Shown here: piece after piece, positions 42,801 through 60,865 of the stretch | Layout: each line of letters starts with the position of its first letter | How positions within the stretch are numbered: the first letter of the stretch is position 1 | NCBI RefSeq assembly: GCF_006345805.1 | Contig: NC_042998.1 | Coordinates: 70,866,001 to 70,930,000 of the forward strand | Source of the DNA: Octopus sinensis | Lineage: Eukaryota | Direction: 5' to 3' | Length of the DNA stretch: 64,000 nucleotides | The notes under the pieces: generated by a model | Told to the model about the DNA's origin: nothing | What the model saw: the letters and a program-made list of their open reading frames with translations, nothing else | The model's database searches: none | Position numbers and translations under genes: made by a program

Positions 42801-45800
42801 TATTAATATAACTATCGAGAGCTTGGTTGTAAAAAAAGAAAGAAAGATCATCGAAGTATCCATGATGTAGCAGTTTTGTTTTTATACCAGCAGCCGTCAA
42901 TAAACTCATTTTATGATAGTTTTGCCTCATCGTTTTAGTGTCGCAGCTCCAAGACAACAATCATTGGTACTGTATGACATTCGCGTAACACAGGACAATT
43001 CTTATTGCGGATTATTTTTAGCCACCAACATACTATGTAAGCTTCTTTTCTTCATTCTATATTTTACCCCAGAATAAATTTGTATCTTCTTGAGAAAACC
43101 CCAATGGAATTTATTGATTGTCCCTTCATAGATTAAATTACTTGGTAATCATTTTTCTTTCAGTTAACTCTCTTCCGATGCCGAAGTTTTTTTGTTCACA
43201 GTTTTTCACTCCTGTTTGATGCTGATCTGTTCTCACTAAATTGTTTCCTTTTGCTATGTCCGTATATTGTTTCTATTTTATTTCTTCCATTTTTTCGTTA
43301 AGGCGTATAGTTGTTTGTTTAAATTTGATGAGCACCATCACCTAGTGGTTAGCCTTCCGTACATTAACGATGTTGTTTTCCGTTGTCTAAATCCATTATG
43401 TCACTTATTTATTGTTTTGCTTTTGTCTACTTCCTCGGTATCTCCAAGGTGCCGTTTTATTGTTATTAAGAGGGCATATAAACAAGCATTAATTAGCGAA
43501 AATGAAGTATCATCACTCTTGTTAATTCTCGTTAGCATTAAATCTGCTGGCGTCTTATTAACGCTAGAAAAAATTGGTTCTCCTTGATGCGGGAGGTTCA
43601 AAAACGGAGAAAAACCGTTTTCGAAACCGTTCAATGAAAATACATTGCATTTCGTAGCACATTTACGATCATCACTGTTGCTACAACACTGCTGACACTT
43701 TCATATGAAAGGTCGCCCTGACTGCAAGGTCATATAGTAGTAGTAAAAACGGGGCTCTTTTTGACAAGCGGTGTCAACGTTGTTTCAGGCAGATTTGTTT
43801 TATGAGAACGTTCGTGTAACGTTATTTGTGCAGTGCAAACACTTTGGGAATAAAGTTACATTCAAGATTTTCAGAATAAAATTACTATCATCAGCTATCC
43901 TCTGGCGTTCAATAAATATTTCTTGTTGATGTAATGGATTTGTTGTGAGATAATTTAGCTGTGGGCGAAGTTCATATCAGTATATTTTCATTCTATTTAT
44001 ATGGCCATCAGAGGGAGCATTTTCATAGCAATTAAATAAGTCATTATTGAGTTTATAACTGGAAGAAAATTGCGTTTTATAATTTCCCTTTTTATAACTA
44101 CAGTAAAAAGTTTTGTTTACCTTTCTCGATGTAATTTTTCTTTGGTTCTTCTATTGATATTATTGCCGTATCCCAGTCATGTTTTTATAGTAATTTAAGT
44201 TTGAAACATATATCAATTATTTCTAATTAAAACTTTCTTCAATGTGTGGTAATCTGTGTGCATGAATGTCTGTATGTGTATATGTATCTATGTTCTGGGA
44301 TATTTAGTTGCAGAATTCAAGGCAACCACTAACAAATTTACACATTTCTTTGATTCAAGACAAGGAGTACTTCATAAATGAAAAATATATAATATCACTT
44401 TTGGTCTCACGCAGGGCTGTATCTTAGCACTGAAGTTATTTGATAGTGATGCCTGAAACATTCCAAAGCTCCACTGATTTTCAAACCTGCTCAAGGTATC
44501 GCCCCTTTAAGCTAAGACCAAGACCACACATAGGTTAGTGAGAGAACTAATATTTGCTGATTGAAAGTTTTGTCTCCCATATAGAAGAGGATATTCCGAG
44601 TATGATCGGTCCTATTTAGAGTGCAACTACATAGCAAAAACTGAACATTAAGGTGATGTGTTTGTCTATCGAATGCTAGCTAACTCGAGTGAAGTGACAC
44701 AGTATAGGATCACCATTATCAATAGAGAGAATCTGTTTTACAGAAGCTGCCTTTACCTATCTGTTCAGTACAATTAATGATTATGTTCGATTGAATGACA
44801 AAGTAGATCACAAGTAGATTGAAGTAGATCACAAATTGGAATGTTTGAGAGAACTACTTTGGAGTAAAAATCTGTTTCCAGGCCAAAAGAGGTTCAAAAG
44901 AAACCGAGCAATACTATTATGCTCCATGTCATACGGATCAGAGGGCATGAACGATTACCACAAACAAGTATAAAGAAAAGCTATGTCATAAAATACGTGG
45001 TATAAATCGTAATGATCAAATGATAAGGTAAAATTGGTAACACCCTAATCCTAGAAAAAGTCAGTTTCCTTCGCATCAAAAATGTATTGGAGCAAGGAAA
45101 TTTCCGCTAGTTTAAGAATCGAAACTCGTTTACTGAGATAAATATTTCACTTGCAGGAGTCTGAAGGTACAAGAAACTAGGGTAACCGCTAACTGGGATA
45201 CAAGGATACAAAATAGACCTGCAACGAAAAGATTAGACATTGGAACAACTGGAACACAGCAATTGAAGACAGATACCAATAGATAAGCTCGATTCAGCCT
45301 AATATTAAAGTACGCAAAATATTGACTTTAATGGTGAAGATCTACCTTTATAAAGCTTTGTCTATCTGTCTGTCTATCTATATCTGTGGTATGCGCACGC
45401 GTTTTTGCGCGCGTGTGTGTGTGCATGTGCGTGTGTACGTGCGTGCATGGGCGCATACAAAACAAACACTCGTAGACACATGTGTGTACATACAGGAACA
45501 CACACACATAGGGCTGAAGTTATGCCCTATCACTGTAGACATATAACACTGACCATCTAACTGATTTGTGATGAAGAAAGAAACGTTATCATAACATGAA
45601 ATATTTATATGTAGTCAATCATGTGTTAGAAAATGGATGCACAAACAGCTTGTGTGAGAAAATCTAAGCGATACCTTAATGTATTTAATGCATTTAATCT
45701 ATGCGGGATTTGTCACAATGCTGTGCTTTCTGGAAGTATTTACCTTCAGTAGAACATTTCATCATAATATCTAGATTCGTTAGACTTGTGATATAACATT

Positions 45801-46049
45801 TGCACAATTACTACGGCCATGTTTCATGCACTTTGCTGGCGACACAATCCGTCATGACCCGCCCCAGTGTTCACTCGGTATCGTTCATGTTAATGTAATG
45901 CAATTTCTCTGAGTTATTTTTCCCCTCTATTCCATATTTAAGATGTAGTATAGGGTTGTACCTCTAATATTGTTAACTATTTATCGAGTATTATGGTGGC
46001 ATTATCACATAGAGTATACCAGTCGGAATATGTAACGCTAAACATATGC

Positions 46050-46103
<54 letters not shown>

Positions 46104-47217
46104 CAGTGAGAGAGTGAGAGAGAGAGACTAGGGAGCGAGTGTAAGTGAGAGAGAGAGGGAAGGGAGAGAGAGGGAGAGACAGAGAGAGAACTACTTTGAG
46201 CCTATTGCTACTAATAATTTCCCTATGCCAAGTGTATAGTGATCACGCTTTTTTGTACAAAAGATGTATTATTATATTCAAGCTAATGTATGCACTCATA
46301 CACACAGATACTTACACACGCATACACTTACACACGCACACACTCACACACACACACAGGCACACAGACACACGCACATGCAGACATATATATATAGATA
46401 AGCACATAATCACACGCAGACAAAGATGGTGGAATAAATTTACCCAGAGTGAAAGAAAAAAATTGGAAAATGGAAGGAGACATAAACACATTTGTAAATA
46501 AAATAAAAAAAGAATAAATGGCACCAAATATACCAAAGCAATTGAAACTGTTGCTTCATGAAATATTCATAAATATTGGCAAAGAGTTAGTTTTGGTCGA
46601 TACAGCAAGATGTTAGTGTTTTTTACAGAGGAATTATTTTAACTAGAAAATGGTTAGGAGTCTAATTTACTATGGTAAACTAATGATAAAAAAAAAACAT
46701 ATATTGATAAAAATATTGGTATTATAGCCCCAATAGAGTATTGATAAAACCATCGATGTAATACTAACAGGAATTTGTCACGCTGCGAACTAATGGTTCA
46801 GGTTTAGGTTGGTAGTAGTGTATACGTATGCGTACTTGCTTGTATGTATGTATGTATGTATGTATGTATGTATGTATGTATGTATGTATGTATGTATGCA
46901 TGTATGTCTGTATGAGTGTATGTATGTGTGTGTATGTATGTACCCCCCATACCCACACCAACACCTACATACATACACACACATATATCTTTTACCTTTT
47001 TTCTCTTACTTGTCTCAGTCATTAGACTGCGACCCATGCTGGGGCACCACCTGAAGAATTTATAATCAAATGTATCGACCCCAGTACATTTTCTTTTTAA
47101 GCCTGGTACTTATTATATCGAACGCTTTTGCCGAACTGCTAGATTACGAGGACATAGACATACCTACACTGTTTGTCAAGCAGTGGAGGAGGTCAAGCAC
47201 AGACACACATGGCGTCC

Positions 47218-47287
47218 CTGTTGATGAAGACTTCGCCTTGTAAATAATAATTTTATTTACTAAAATAAGTCAGAAACCATGGTCCAG
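47218..47287 (+). ncRNA. Hammerhead motif, family B, with C3-to-U change
   Basis: ctg-TTGATGA-agact...agtca-GAAA-ccatgg-TC-cag. Predicted cleavage site after C47284. Confidence 0.65.
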
Positions 47288-47430
47288 AAATTAGATGGTA
47301 AATGTTTTATTTTTCCTTCCCTTCAAAAATGTATCCCTAATTAGTGGTTTGGACTTTAACTGTTCTAACGTAAAGGATTCCTATGATAGAAGCCTCTTAA
47401 TGTGTTTTAATGTACACTGTATTTTATATG
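47218..47430 (+). mobile_element. Family B hammerhead-containing terminal repeat, second locus
   Basis: Aligns with 21499-21688 and 21152-21270 (gtccag.aa.tagatggtaaa, atccctaatt, tgttttaatgtacactgta). Confidence 0.7.
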
Positions 47431-47510
47431 AATAATATTTCGTCTATTGACTAATTTTTTGTACGCTAGGCCACTGGTAGTAGAAGATTCTAAAATCTTT
47501 ATTACCCCGA

Positions 47511-51373
<3,863 letters not shown>

Positions 51374-51376
<3 letters not shown>

Positions 51377-51444
51377 TAGTATATTTTTTATAGCGTGCTT
51401 TCACTTCACTACCGAGCCTTGGGTGCCTTGGGTATGTGCTGTGA
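51374..51444 (-). mobile_element. 3'-end stub of the same Dong-like family
   Basis: cagtagt...atagcgtgctttcacttcactaccgagc matches the 3' terminus at 47617. Confidence 0.8.
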
Positions 51445-51774
51445 CGAAAGAACTCTGGCCGAAATAAGATTAAGATTAATGTAAAACATAAATAACACTG
51501 AGGCAAAGTAACACCAAATATTTAGTGCGTGTGATTTTATTGGCTAAACTGGCAAAATGACCATTCCGAAATATAACAATATCTGTTTCAACACACGACT
51601 TCACATAAAAAATCTTGCACAACAAATATATAAACGTATATATATAAATATATATATATATATATTATTCATATAAATACAGTGTACAGTTAAACACATA
51701 AGATGCATCCTTCATAGGGTTCCTTTCATGCTAGAAGGAGCAGCTAAAGTCCAAACCAGTATTAGGGATAATAT

Positions 51775-51822
<48 letters not shown>

Positions 51823-52019
51823 TAATGTTTGTTTTTATGATAAAATAAAAAGTTTTGCATTAACTTGGAAGATTACTCAATGCGTTTCTTAGATTGCAAA
51901 TTTAGTATTCTTTAAAAAGAACAGTAGTATCTTTGATTTCGAAGTTTTCTCGAGTCATCGGGCTGTATATGTATGTATATGTGTATATGTGTGTTTGTAT
52001 ATGTGTATATGCTGTATAT

Positions 52020-52060
<41 letters not shown>

Positions 52061-52063
52061 CGC

Positions 52064-52104
<41 letters not shown>

Positions 52105-52849
52105 CATGTACGACTTGTGTGTCTGTGCCACATGATCTTTGACTGAGTACATATATAACCTTGAATACAGAGCATATCCAATTAAGGCGTGCGACACAAC
52201 AAACTCAGACAAGAACTGCATATATACCCATTCAATGAACAAGGATTGCCAGAATCATAAAATTGCACTATTCATCCCAATTTTACGTTTTGAGTTCAAA
52301 TCCAGCCGATGTCAGTTTGCCTTGCTTCCTGAATAAAGTACCAGTCAAGTACTGAGGACCATGATATTGACTAATACCTTTCCGTCAATATCTTGTGCGT
52401 AAAAGTGAAATCATATTGATCCAAAAGTACCAGCCAAATATTTCGTGAATAGCACATTACCGACTTCAGAAACGAAGCCTGCATTAAAAAAATTTTTTCC
52501 CAGGGACATCATCTTTAAACATATAGCAACAGCAACAAAATATATCTTGGTCATGACTAGATTGTTTTTCTTAATAGATTTTCTTGCACACTTTAAGAAC
52601 TGTCTACACAATACATTAAAATATATAACAAATTTCGCTCGTTATCTCACTCAACCCCAATCCATAGACACAAGCATACATACACGCACATAAACATATA
52701 TAAAGAAATCAATACATAAATTTTGAAAGTCCATATGCTTGTACATATTTGTGCGGGAGCCTGTGTTTGCAAGTACGCGTATCGATACATTTGTTGCTAC
52801 TCCGCACTTACTGTTATTGATATGACATTCACTTTAAAGCGTTAAGATG

Positions 52850-53070
52850 TCAAAGGCGTTAGCATGCCGGCCAAAATGCTAAGTTGAATTTCCTCCGTCT
52901 TTACTGTCTAAGTTCAAATGCTGCCGAGGTCGACCTAGTCTTTCGTCCTTTCGCGATCGATAAGTTTCTAACCACAGAGCCATGTCTGTGCCTAGTTGAG
53001 TACTGAAGTCAATGTAACTGATTTACACTTTCCTCCAAATTGATGTCCCCATGCCAAAATTTCAAAACAG
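52850..53070 (+). mobile_element. Diverged tRNA-derived SINE (another partial copy at about 52270-52410)
   Basis: cgttagcatgccggccaaaatgct...agttcaaatgctgccgaggtcgacc. Confidence 0.65.
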
Positions 53071-53325
53071 TATGGCATTCACTTAAGGAACATAAAATTG
53101 AATAGAAAGTGAAAGTAGCGCAGAAAAACTTTATAGTATATAAAGAAACTACACACTAATATTAGTTTCAAAGTTTAAAATAAGGCCAGCAAAAGTGGAA
53201 GAAGGTGCAAGTCAATTACATCGGCCCCATTACATCCATTTCTAAGTAAATTTATCTTATCCTTTATCATGCGACTCTACTCTATACTGTTTTCTCCCCT
53301 ATCCTCTGAAATTCCCTTTTTCTTC

Positions 53326-53379
<54 letters not shown>

Positions 53380-53380
53380 G

Positions 53381-53419
<39 letters not shown>

Positions 53420-53599
53420 CTATCTATCTATCTCTATATATATGTGTGTGTGTGTATGGGGGGGATGTTTGTGCGCAACAACGTTTGTTCCTTATTACGT
53501 GCTGTTGATAAAGAAACATGATTATTCAACATATATTTACTCATATGTAGATATGAAAATGTAAGCTTTCTTATTAGATTATCAAATGAACTTGATGAC

Positions 53600-54480
53600 A
53601 ACTTCCATGCGGCACCAGAAATGTTGATTAGCCTACACTAAATGGTACCTATTCATATCTTACATCTCGTGGACAATGACAGCCTTCAGCGAAAGTATTG
53701 TATTTGGAGGCTGTCCAATACTCTCTCTCGGAACCACACTGTAAATACAGTTGTCCAGCGGATTTACATCTGGCGACTTTGGAGAAATGTTTAGTGTTAC
53801 ATGATTCTAAGCAATTTTGACGTCCAATTTTGGGGTTACGTGTGCTTCTTAAGAAGCGTGTTGAGTCTTCATAAAAACCGCATGGACTTCCACTTCATTT
53901 TCACCTTTCCAACTATCTCCACCACCTCAACGTATAGTTCTAATACACTTCAGGCAGAGGAGGGGGTCGATGGTGCATGACATGGTCTTCGTTTCTCGCC
54001 ACTCTTTAAAACACCATTGCTGCTGGACACTTACTTTGAATCAGTTTGTAGACATCAGCTGGATCTATCCATAACCATCCGGATTTTCTCCTGTTGGACT
54101 TTTGGTCTTGGCCGAAGTTTTTCTCGGAAGAGAAGAACCAATACAAGCCATATTTTAACCTTGTTAACCGCTGAGCAGGAGTAGGGATCAATCGGTTTTT
54201 GCAGTGTCTTTGCAGACACGAATTAACTTCTCCTTAGCATATACAACTTGCAATGAATATAATCGAGCACCATTTCTTCATACACGGGAGGTTCTTTGGC
54301 GATTTCCTTCATTGCTTCACTGGATTACCATTGATAATGTTCTCAACCCGATGGAAGATTTGAGGTATCCTTCGCATACTTAGAGAGTGTTCTCTCTTTG
54401 ATACAATTTAAACAATCCTGCCACATGCTTGTAATTAAACTTGGTGCACAAAAATCTTGCAACCTGTAGAGGATTGACAA
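53600..54480 (-). pseudogene. Tc1/mariner-superfamily transposase fossil
   Basis: Minus strand at about 53752-53779 reads KSPDVNPLDNC, matching the SPDLNPLD catalytic motif. Upstream SKCPAAMVF resembles the K.PASVMVWG motif. Many stops. Confidence 0.6.
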
Positions 54481-55050
54481 TTTCTGAATTGCTCTGTTCC
54501 GTACATATGGCAAGAATAACTGCAGTTATTCATTTCTTTTTTTAAAATGTTATATGCTATGGAGGAGTTCAAAGAAACAAAACCTTTAAAGTGGCTTGAA
54601 TAGAGAAATATACTGATAATTTAGAGCTCCCAATAGTTGTTTGTAGAAATTTGTGCAACCATGTATATGAATGTGCTTTGCATTTTATTATTTTCTAATA
54701 AATTCATTCATTAATTTTAGTCTGTACACATATATGTATTCTCATATGTATACCTATGTTCGCGTGCGTTTCTGTATGGATGACATATAATTACTCAAAT
54801 ATGTATTGTACTAAGCCAATAAGAAGGATGCAGCCGGTACTTGCACATAGTGCACTTCAAGAAAACGACAATTTAGATCCCAAATTCAAATAAGTTTACC
54901 GAAAAACAAATATCTATACACAATAAATCATACGCACCTTATGCTTATATACACAGATACACTCAAACATGAACACACACATACACATATAAACACAAAC
55001 CCAGTCACACACATACATACATACATACATTCATACATACATACATACAC

Positions 55051-55081
<31 letters not shown>

Positions 55082-55090
55082 TATATATAT

Positions 55091-55151
<61 letters not shown>

Positions 55152-55431
55152 ATTATATGTGTAAATGTGTGCATGTATATATAAGGCCATGAAGATAGAC
55201 AGATAGAGTGAGAAGGAAAGCGATTTCGAAATGGGGAAAGAAACATAGATGTGAGTACATTTACATATATTGCCGTACATATTTGCATTTACTGAATTAT
55301 GCAAACATTTCCACTAATAACTAGAATTATCAGAGGTTTACATTGAATTTGACTAACGTAGATTTCCATTGAGTAGTATATACTCTCTAAAATATGCCTA
55401 CACACGTAGACCTGTATACATATATGTAAAC

Positions 55432-55537
<106 letters not shown>

Positions 55538-57804
55538 GTAACCATTTATCTATCTATCTATGTATTTATCTATCTCCCCAACACACACATACACATATAC
55601 ACATGTGCATATAAGCATCCACATGTGTGTTTGTGAGTATGTGTACACTCAAGCATACAATTTCACGATAATGATATATTATTCGCAAATGCACATTTAC
55701 AAATAGTTAAGATATTCCCTTCAGTGAATATAAATAATTCTCTGCAAACATTTGCGGTTGGAAAATTCTACCAATGTAGTTTAGTGTTATGTAATTGTAG
55801 TTTATATTGGAATTTATATAGAACCTGTTACGAAAGTCTAGCAAATTTGCTTTACATATTTCTCTTAGCTCGAATTACCATACATTCAATCAGAAAAATT
55901 TCAAGGCATAAATTTCGCCTGAAGTTTTGGGGAGTCAAGTAGCCATTTAGCAGCTCTAGTGCTTGATCACATAATCTGAAATTTATAATATTTGGAATAA
56001 TCTGAGAAGATAGCAGGGACGTTTTCATTAATATTCCTTCTGCTTTCATAATCAGTGGACCAACTGGCGATGTAAATGATAATAGAACAAATTAAAATTT
56101 ATCATCAAGATAAAACTTGTTCAGATTTCCTCGATTTGACGCTAAAAGTTATTATGATCCTACATAATATTTTGAGAGGTAAATAAAGTAACATCATGTG
56201 TCAGAATATAACCGATTGATGAAGGATTTGCCGTACATATTCATGAAGGGTGAACCATAACACTGTATTAGTAATGAGTTCTTCTTTAGCTCTCCAGCAA
56301 TGTCCTACTAAATGCCTTCTCTCAAACGACATCTGCTTTGTTTTATGAAATGATTGTTTCCATGTGATATTCAGAAGATGCTCAGGGTAAGCGCCATGAA
56401 ACCTTACCCACTGGAGTACAACAAACTTTATCTCTTACTTGGGCACCCTAGGTGACTGTCCTAGTAGTGGACCATTACGAATGCACTGATCCAACAATTC
56501 CACAGAGGAAGGTTTTCTGAAGATAATCAGATCGTGATGACGTTCTAATGATACTGATGATACAAAGTAAACACCTTTGTAGGACGAATTTATACATCTC
56601 CATCAGTGGAGATGTATAATTATACCACCAGATGTATAAGAAGACAGAAGGATTCAGTGTTATCCTAGTTCTATTTTGTAATGCAGTATATATTCGGAAA
56701 AGGTTTGCAAAATTGTACTGAAATTTGTATTCTGCTATTCTCCAAGAAATGTAATTTTGTTAATTTTTGTATTAAAAAGAAACTATTGACACCAAGATAA
56801 ATTGTTGCTGCACTGCAGACGACCAGAACTCGGAAAAGCATTACGAAGAAACCAAAACGCAATAAAGAAAAAAATCCTTTATTATTGGACAGGTCTTCAC
56901 AGTGCAAAGAATCGTTCGGAGAGTCAGGGCCAAAACTACCTGTTTTCAACTCTGTCTACGAGGGAAACTGGAACCAAGTCTTCGTGCTTCTCAGAAATAT
57001 AGCTTAGATAATGGAGATCCACAACAACTATATTTCGATCACATGACCGGGACACGGACAGCCTCGAAATCACTGCAGGAGTCTTGCAAGGTAATAAGAT
57101 TGTACTGTAACTTTTTATTATCCACTAAAACTGCATCATTCGCGTTTAGTAATTATAAGCGTGGGAACTAACTATTTAGTGACATAAGAAGACGAGAGAA
57201 ACATTACGTGGTTGAAAGAGATGCAAAAAAAAAATCAGTCTTAAAAACAAATCTCACATCGGGTAATTTAGCTCGTGATACATTGTAGTTCTAGAAAATA
57301 GGACACGTTTCAGTATTAATTTCTGTTCGAAACAGAATTTATCATAATTGGTTGAGGATAGCGTAATAAATGAATATTGCGAACTTCATGGCTGAGGTGT
57401 TAGGTGTGAGACACTTGCCATTATTTATTCAGTATGAATTCATGATTTCTCCGGGTTATATAAAAAGACAGGCTGGTCGCGGAGGGAATGCATTTGGTCG
57501 TAGGTCTCCCCATTTAGGATTGACCTAATACTAACCATACAATAAACAGTTGCTGTGTTGTAGGTACTAACACGATGAATGACTTTTAGAATCCATGTGT
57601 GGAGATGATGTTCAAAGGTCAGTTCAAATGATATATTAATATGACTCTACGAGATTGTAAAATGGGGTTATCAACGATATGATTATCGTTGATAACCAAT
57701 AGATGTAAAATTATTAAGTATGGCAAATACGCAAAATATATTTCTCTAATCGTGTGATATGGTTTCCGTGAAATAATTCTACCAAATTTAAATATTGCTT
57801 TCCA

Positions 57805-58148
57805 ATTTTGGCACAAAATCAGCAACTTTTGGGGAGGGGTTAAGTCGATTACATCGACCTCGAACGGATGAGAGGCAAAGCTGACTTTTGCGGATTTTTA
57901 ATTCAGAGCGTAAGGGGAGACGAAATGCCTATTTATTTACAACCCACAAGGGACTAAACACAGAGAGGACAAACATGGACAGACAAACGGATTAAGTCGA
58001 TTATATCGACCCCAGTGTGTAACTGGTACTTATTTAATCGACCCTGAAATGATAAAAGGCAAAGTCGACCTCGGCGGAATTTGAACTCAGAACGTAGCGG
58101 CAGACGAAATACCGCTGAGTATTTTGCCCAGCGCGCCAGCTCTCCGCC
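57805..58148 (-). mobile_element. SINE dimer: a younger copy joined to an older diverged body
   Basis: Junction gacgaaatgcc-tatttatttacaacccacaagg is equivalent to the junctions in the 6.9-kb trimer. Confidence 0.75.
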
Positions 58149-59215
58149 TTTTAGGAAATTTAAATAATAGTCATTAATACTCTCTCATTTGTTTCATTTT
58201 TGTAATGAATGAAGAGACTATAAGACTTCCATGACCAAAAAAATTACGCAAAGGAATAATTATTGCAAACTCTTACAACCTGGTTCAAATATCTAGCAAA
58301 TCAATTAAAACTGGTCTGTGAATCTTTGAATGGCATATATATAAGTGATATTTCATGAATGTCTACATTAAAATCTCTTAAAAAAAAGAATAAAATGCAC
58401 AAGTTATTACCATCATTTCCGTTTGAACCAGTGTCTGGCATAATGGGGAGAGAATTATCATAATGAAATAATATCGCCGACATCTTAGCTGAGGGCCAGA
58501 GTCCTCAAACACAGCCATTTTATTTTTTCGTTCCATCTTCATGCTCTTTAGGGGATGAATAAGGTTGGTAGACCCCCAAATTCTCTATCAGCACGACTGG
58601 CTGACGGAGTAACCCTTTTTACGTCTTCATAGGCGCTCACAGAGTGAGGGTTTATGTTCCTAATCTGGCTGCCTTCCTAGCCTGTAGAACCCAGACCATT
58701 TATACAACTGGTGTAGCTATGGATATTCTTAATGCCGCCTCCTAGAAACATGTTTGAAACAGAAGTCCGGGAGATGCTTCTCGGTTAATTGTTCCAAACA
58801 TCTAAGGTATTAGTCCCGAACTTCTAAGTCCCCTCTCGCTAGATAAAATGAGTCCATCCCTCGTTATGACAAATCTTGTTTTGTAACTGGTGGATTTCTA
58901 GTAATCCTAATCTCTAGGAAAGCTTGGTGAAAAGGCTAGAAGGCTTCTGACAACCCGAGCATGCAGTAGGTTGTACTAGATTACATTCTACCAGTACCAC
59001 ACGAGTAATCTCACAAAATCCAACATAATATTTTGATATGAGTGAAATTTCATTATACTTTCTGAATATATATATATATACATATATATAATATTATATT
59101 AAATTAGAGACAAAACCACTATTATGCAAATCAAACAATGAAAGACTTAAGCCAATACATAAATTAATTTATATTATTTAGATATATAACAATTAGTAAA
59201 AAATATAATTAATAT

Positions 59216-59278
59216 CCACTACGATCGTTTCCTGTCTTCTGTCATCAAATTTTTGAGTAGCAGACATTCATCAGGTGG
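59216..59278 (-). ncRNA. Minimal type-I hammerhead ribozyme, family C, intact
   Basis: Minus strand reads ccac-CTGATGA-atgtct...agacag-GAAA-cgatcg-TA-gtgg; palindromic GATC loop III. Confidence 0.8.
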
Positions 59279-59642
59279 TTTCAAAATCTAAAATATAATC
59301 AATATTTTTAAGATATAAATAATCTATATAATCTAATGGCTTGCTGCTACTGAGATGTAAGCTGAGATTCAATCAGCCTCGACTGGGTCAAATGAACGAG
59401 GGAATCGGGTTTTAAAAGATCCGAACACTCGGAGATTCCAGAAACATTATGAATAATGTATCCCAGAGCATCCGCTAGATGGCTAGATGATACTTAATAA
59501 TAAACTGTTGCAGATTTTTCAAAATGTCACTATCTAACGTTTATGAATTATAGATAAGCAACGTTATCTTTTGTCTCTTTAAGCCGAGCGTGTATTTGAG
59601 AGAAAATTTATAAATAATGTGTTGTTTACATTTTTTGTAATA

Positions 59643-59858
59643 TTATGTATCTTTCTTGAATTTTAATTGAAATGGAAATATTCTCAATGTTCTGTGCTCA
59701 CACATTTCTATATGCTCAACAAGTAGAATTTTCTGTCTTCTGGCTCGTTCATAGAAATTTCTGGTCTGACCAATGTAGCTTTCTTTACAATTAGGACATT
59801 TTATGCTCATAATCTTTAGATAACGTAGGTACCTCACGCGCAAAGAATGTCTCAACAA
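59643..59858 (-). pseudogene. GIY-YIG endonuclease fragment of a Penelope-like element
   Basis: CxxC followed by YIGQT, then EHIEMC and RIFPF, as in Penelope-like C-termini. Confidence 0.75.
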
Positions 59859-60802
59859 TTTATTCTATTTTTTTGCTAATAACGTAATTCTATGAATTCT
59901 CTTTTAAACGCTGTATAAGACGTTTGTGATTCAAAATTAGTTCATTGTTTAAAACTCGCCAAGAAAGTATGTATCTTTTAGATCTTCAAATTGTTAATTT
60001 TTAATATTGTATAAGCCTTAGGAGTAATAATATTCTCCTTATGTAAATATTGTTGTTTATGTAATGATCTAATTATCGTAATTTTCTATGTTATTAGATA
60101 TTAAATAATTTAGATAAACTTTGATAAAATTAGATATGCTTCGACTAAAGATGGTCTAGGCCATGTCTAATTTAATAGCATAATTTATATTAGATAATTA
60201 TTCCCATTCATAATTATGTTTATAGTACTTATAGTATTTATTTAATACTATATTACTAAGAATGGAATATTTCTATAAGTATTTTACATAAGATTTCGAA
60301 AGTCAGTTTAAGTCTGTTTATTTGTATTTTGAAATTAGCTATTTCATCTTTAAATATGAAAAATTAAATATATTAGGTTTTCATTATATACAATTGTTTA
60401 TAGAGATTATTTTAGATCTTGATTATAATATTTATATATATTTTCATTGATAATTTATATATATCAGTCATTTTAAATATCTATATAATTAGATATAGAC
60501 TAATATGGATATTACACATACAAATAAATAAATGCATATGCGTGTGTATGTATGTGTATGTACACGCGCATCATCGGATACACGTGTATACAAGCGCACA
60601 CATCCGCATAAGTTGTAGATAGATATATATATGTAAATGTCCATAATCATACTACCTTATAAATTAAAGTTAATATTTAACATTATAGTCGATTTAGATA
60701 TAATCATATTTAATAATAGAGTTTATTATAAGTAAATTATTATTTTAGATTATATAGATTATTTATATCTTAAAAATATTGATTATATTTTAGATTTTGA
60801 AA

Positions 60803-60865
60803 CCACCTGATGAATGTCTGCTACTCAAAAATTTGATGACAGAAGACAGGAAACAATCGTAGTGG
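60803..60865 (+). ncRNA. Minimal type-I hammerhead ribozyme, family C (loop III AATC)
   Basis: ccac-CTGATGA-atgtct...agacag-GAAA-caatcg-TA-gtgg. Confidence 0.75.

Noticed and set aside
58480-59030. GC-richer segment that may be a LINE 5' UTR
   Set aside because: Single copy here with no linked ORF; cannot be assigned from sequence alone.
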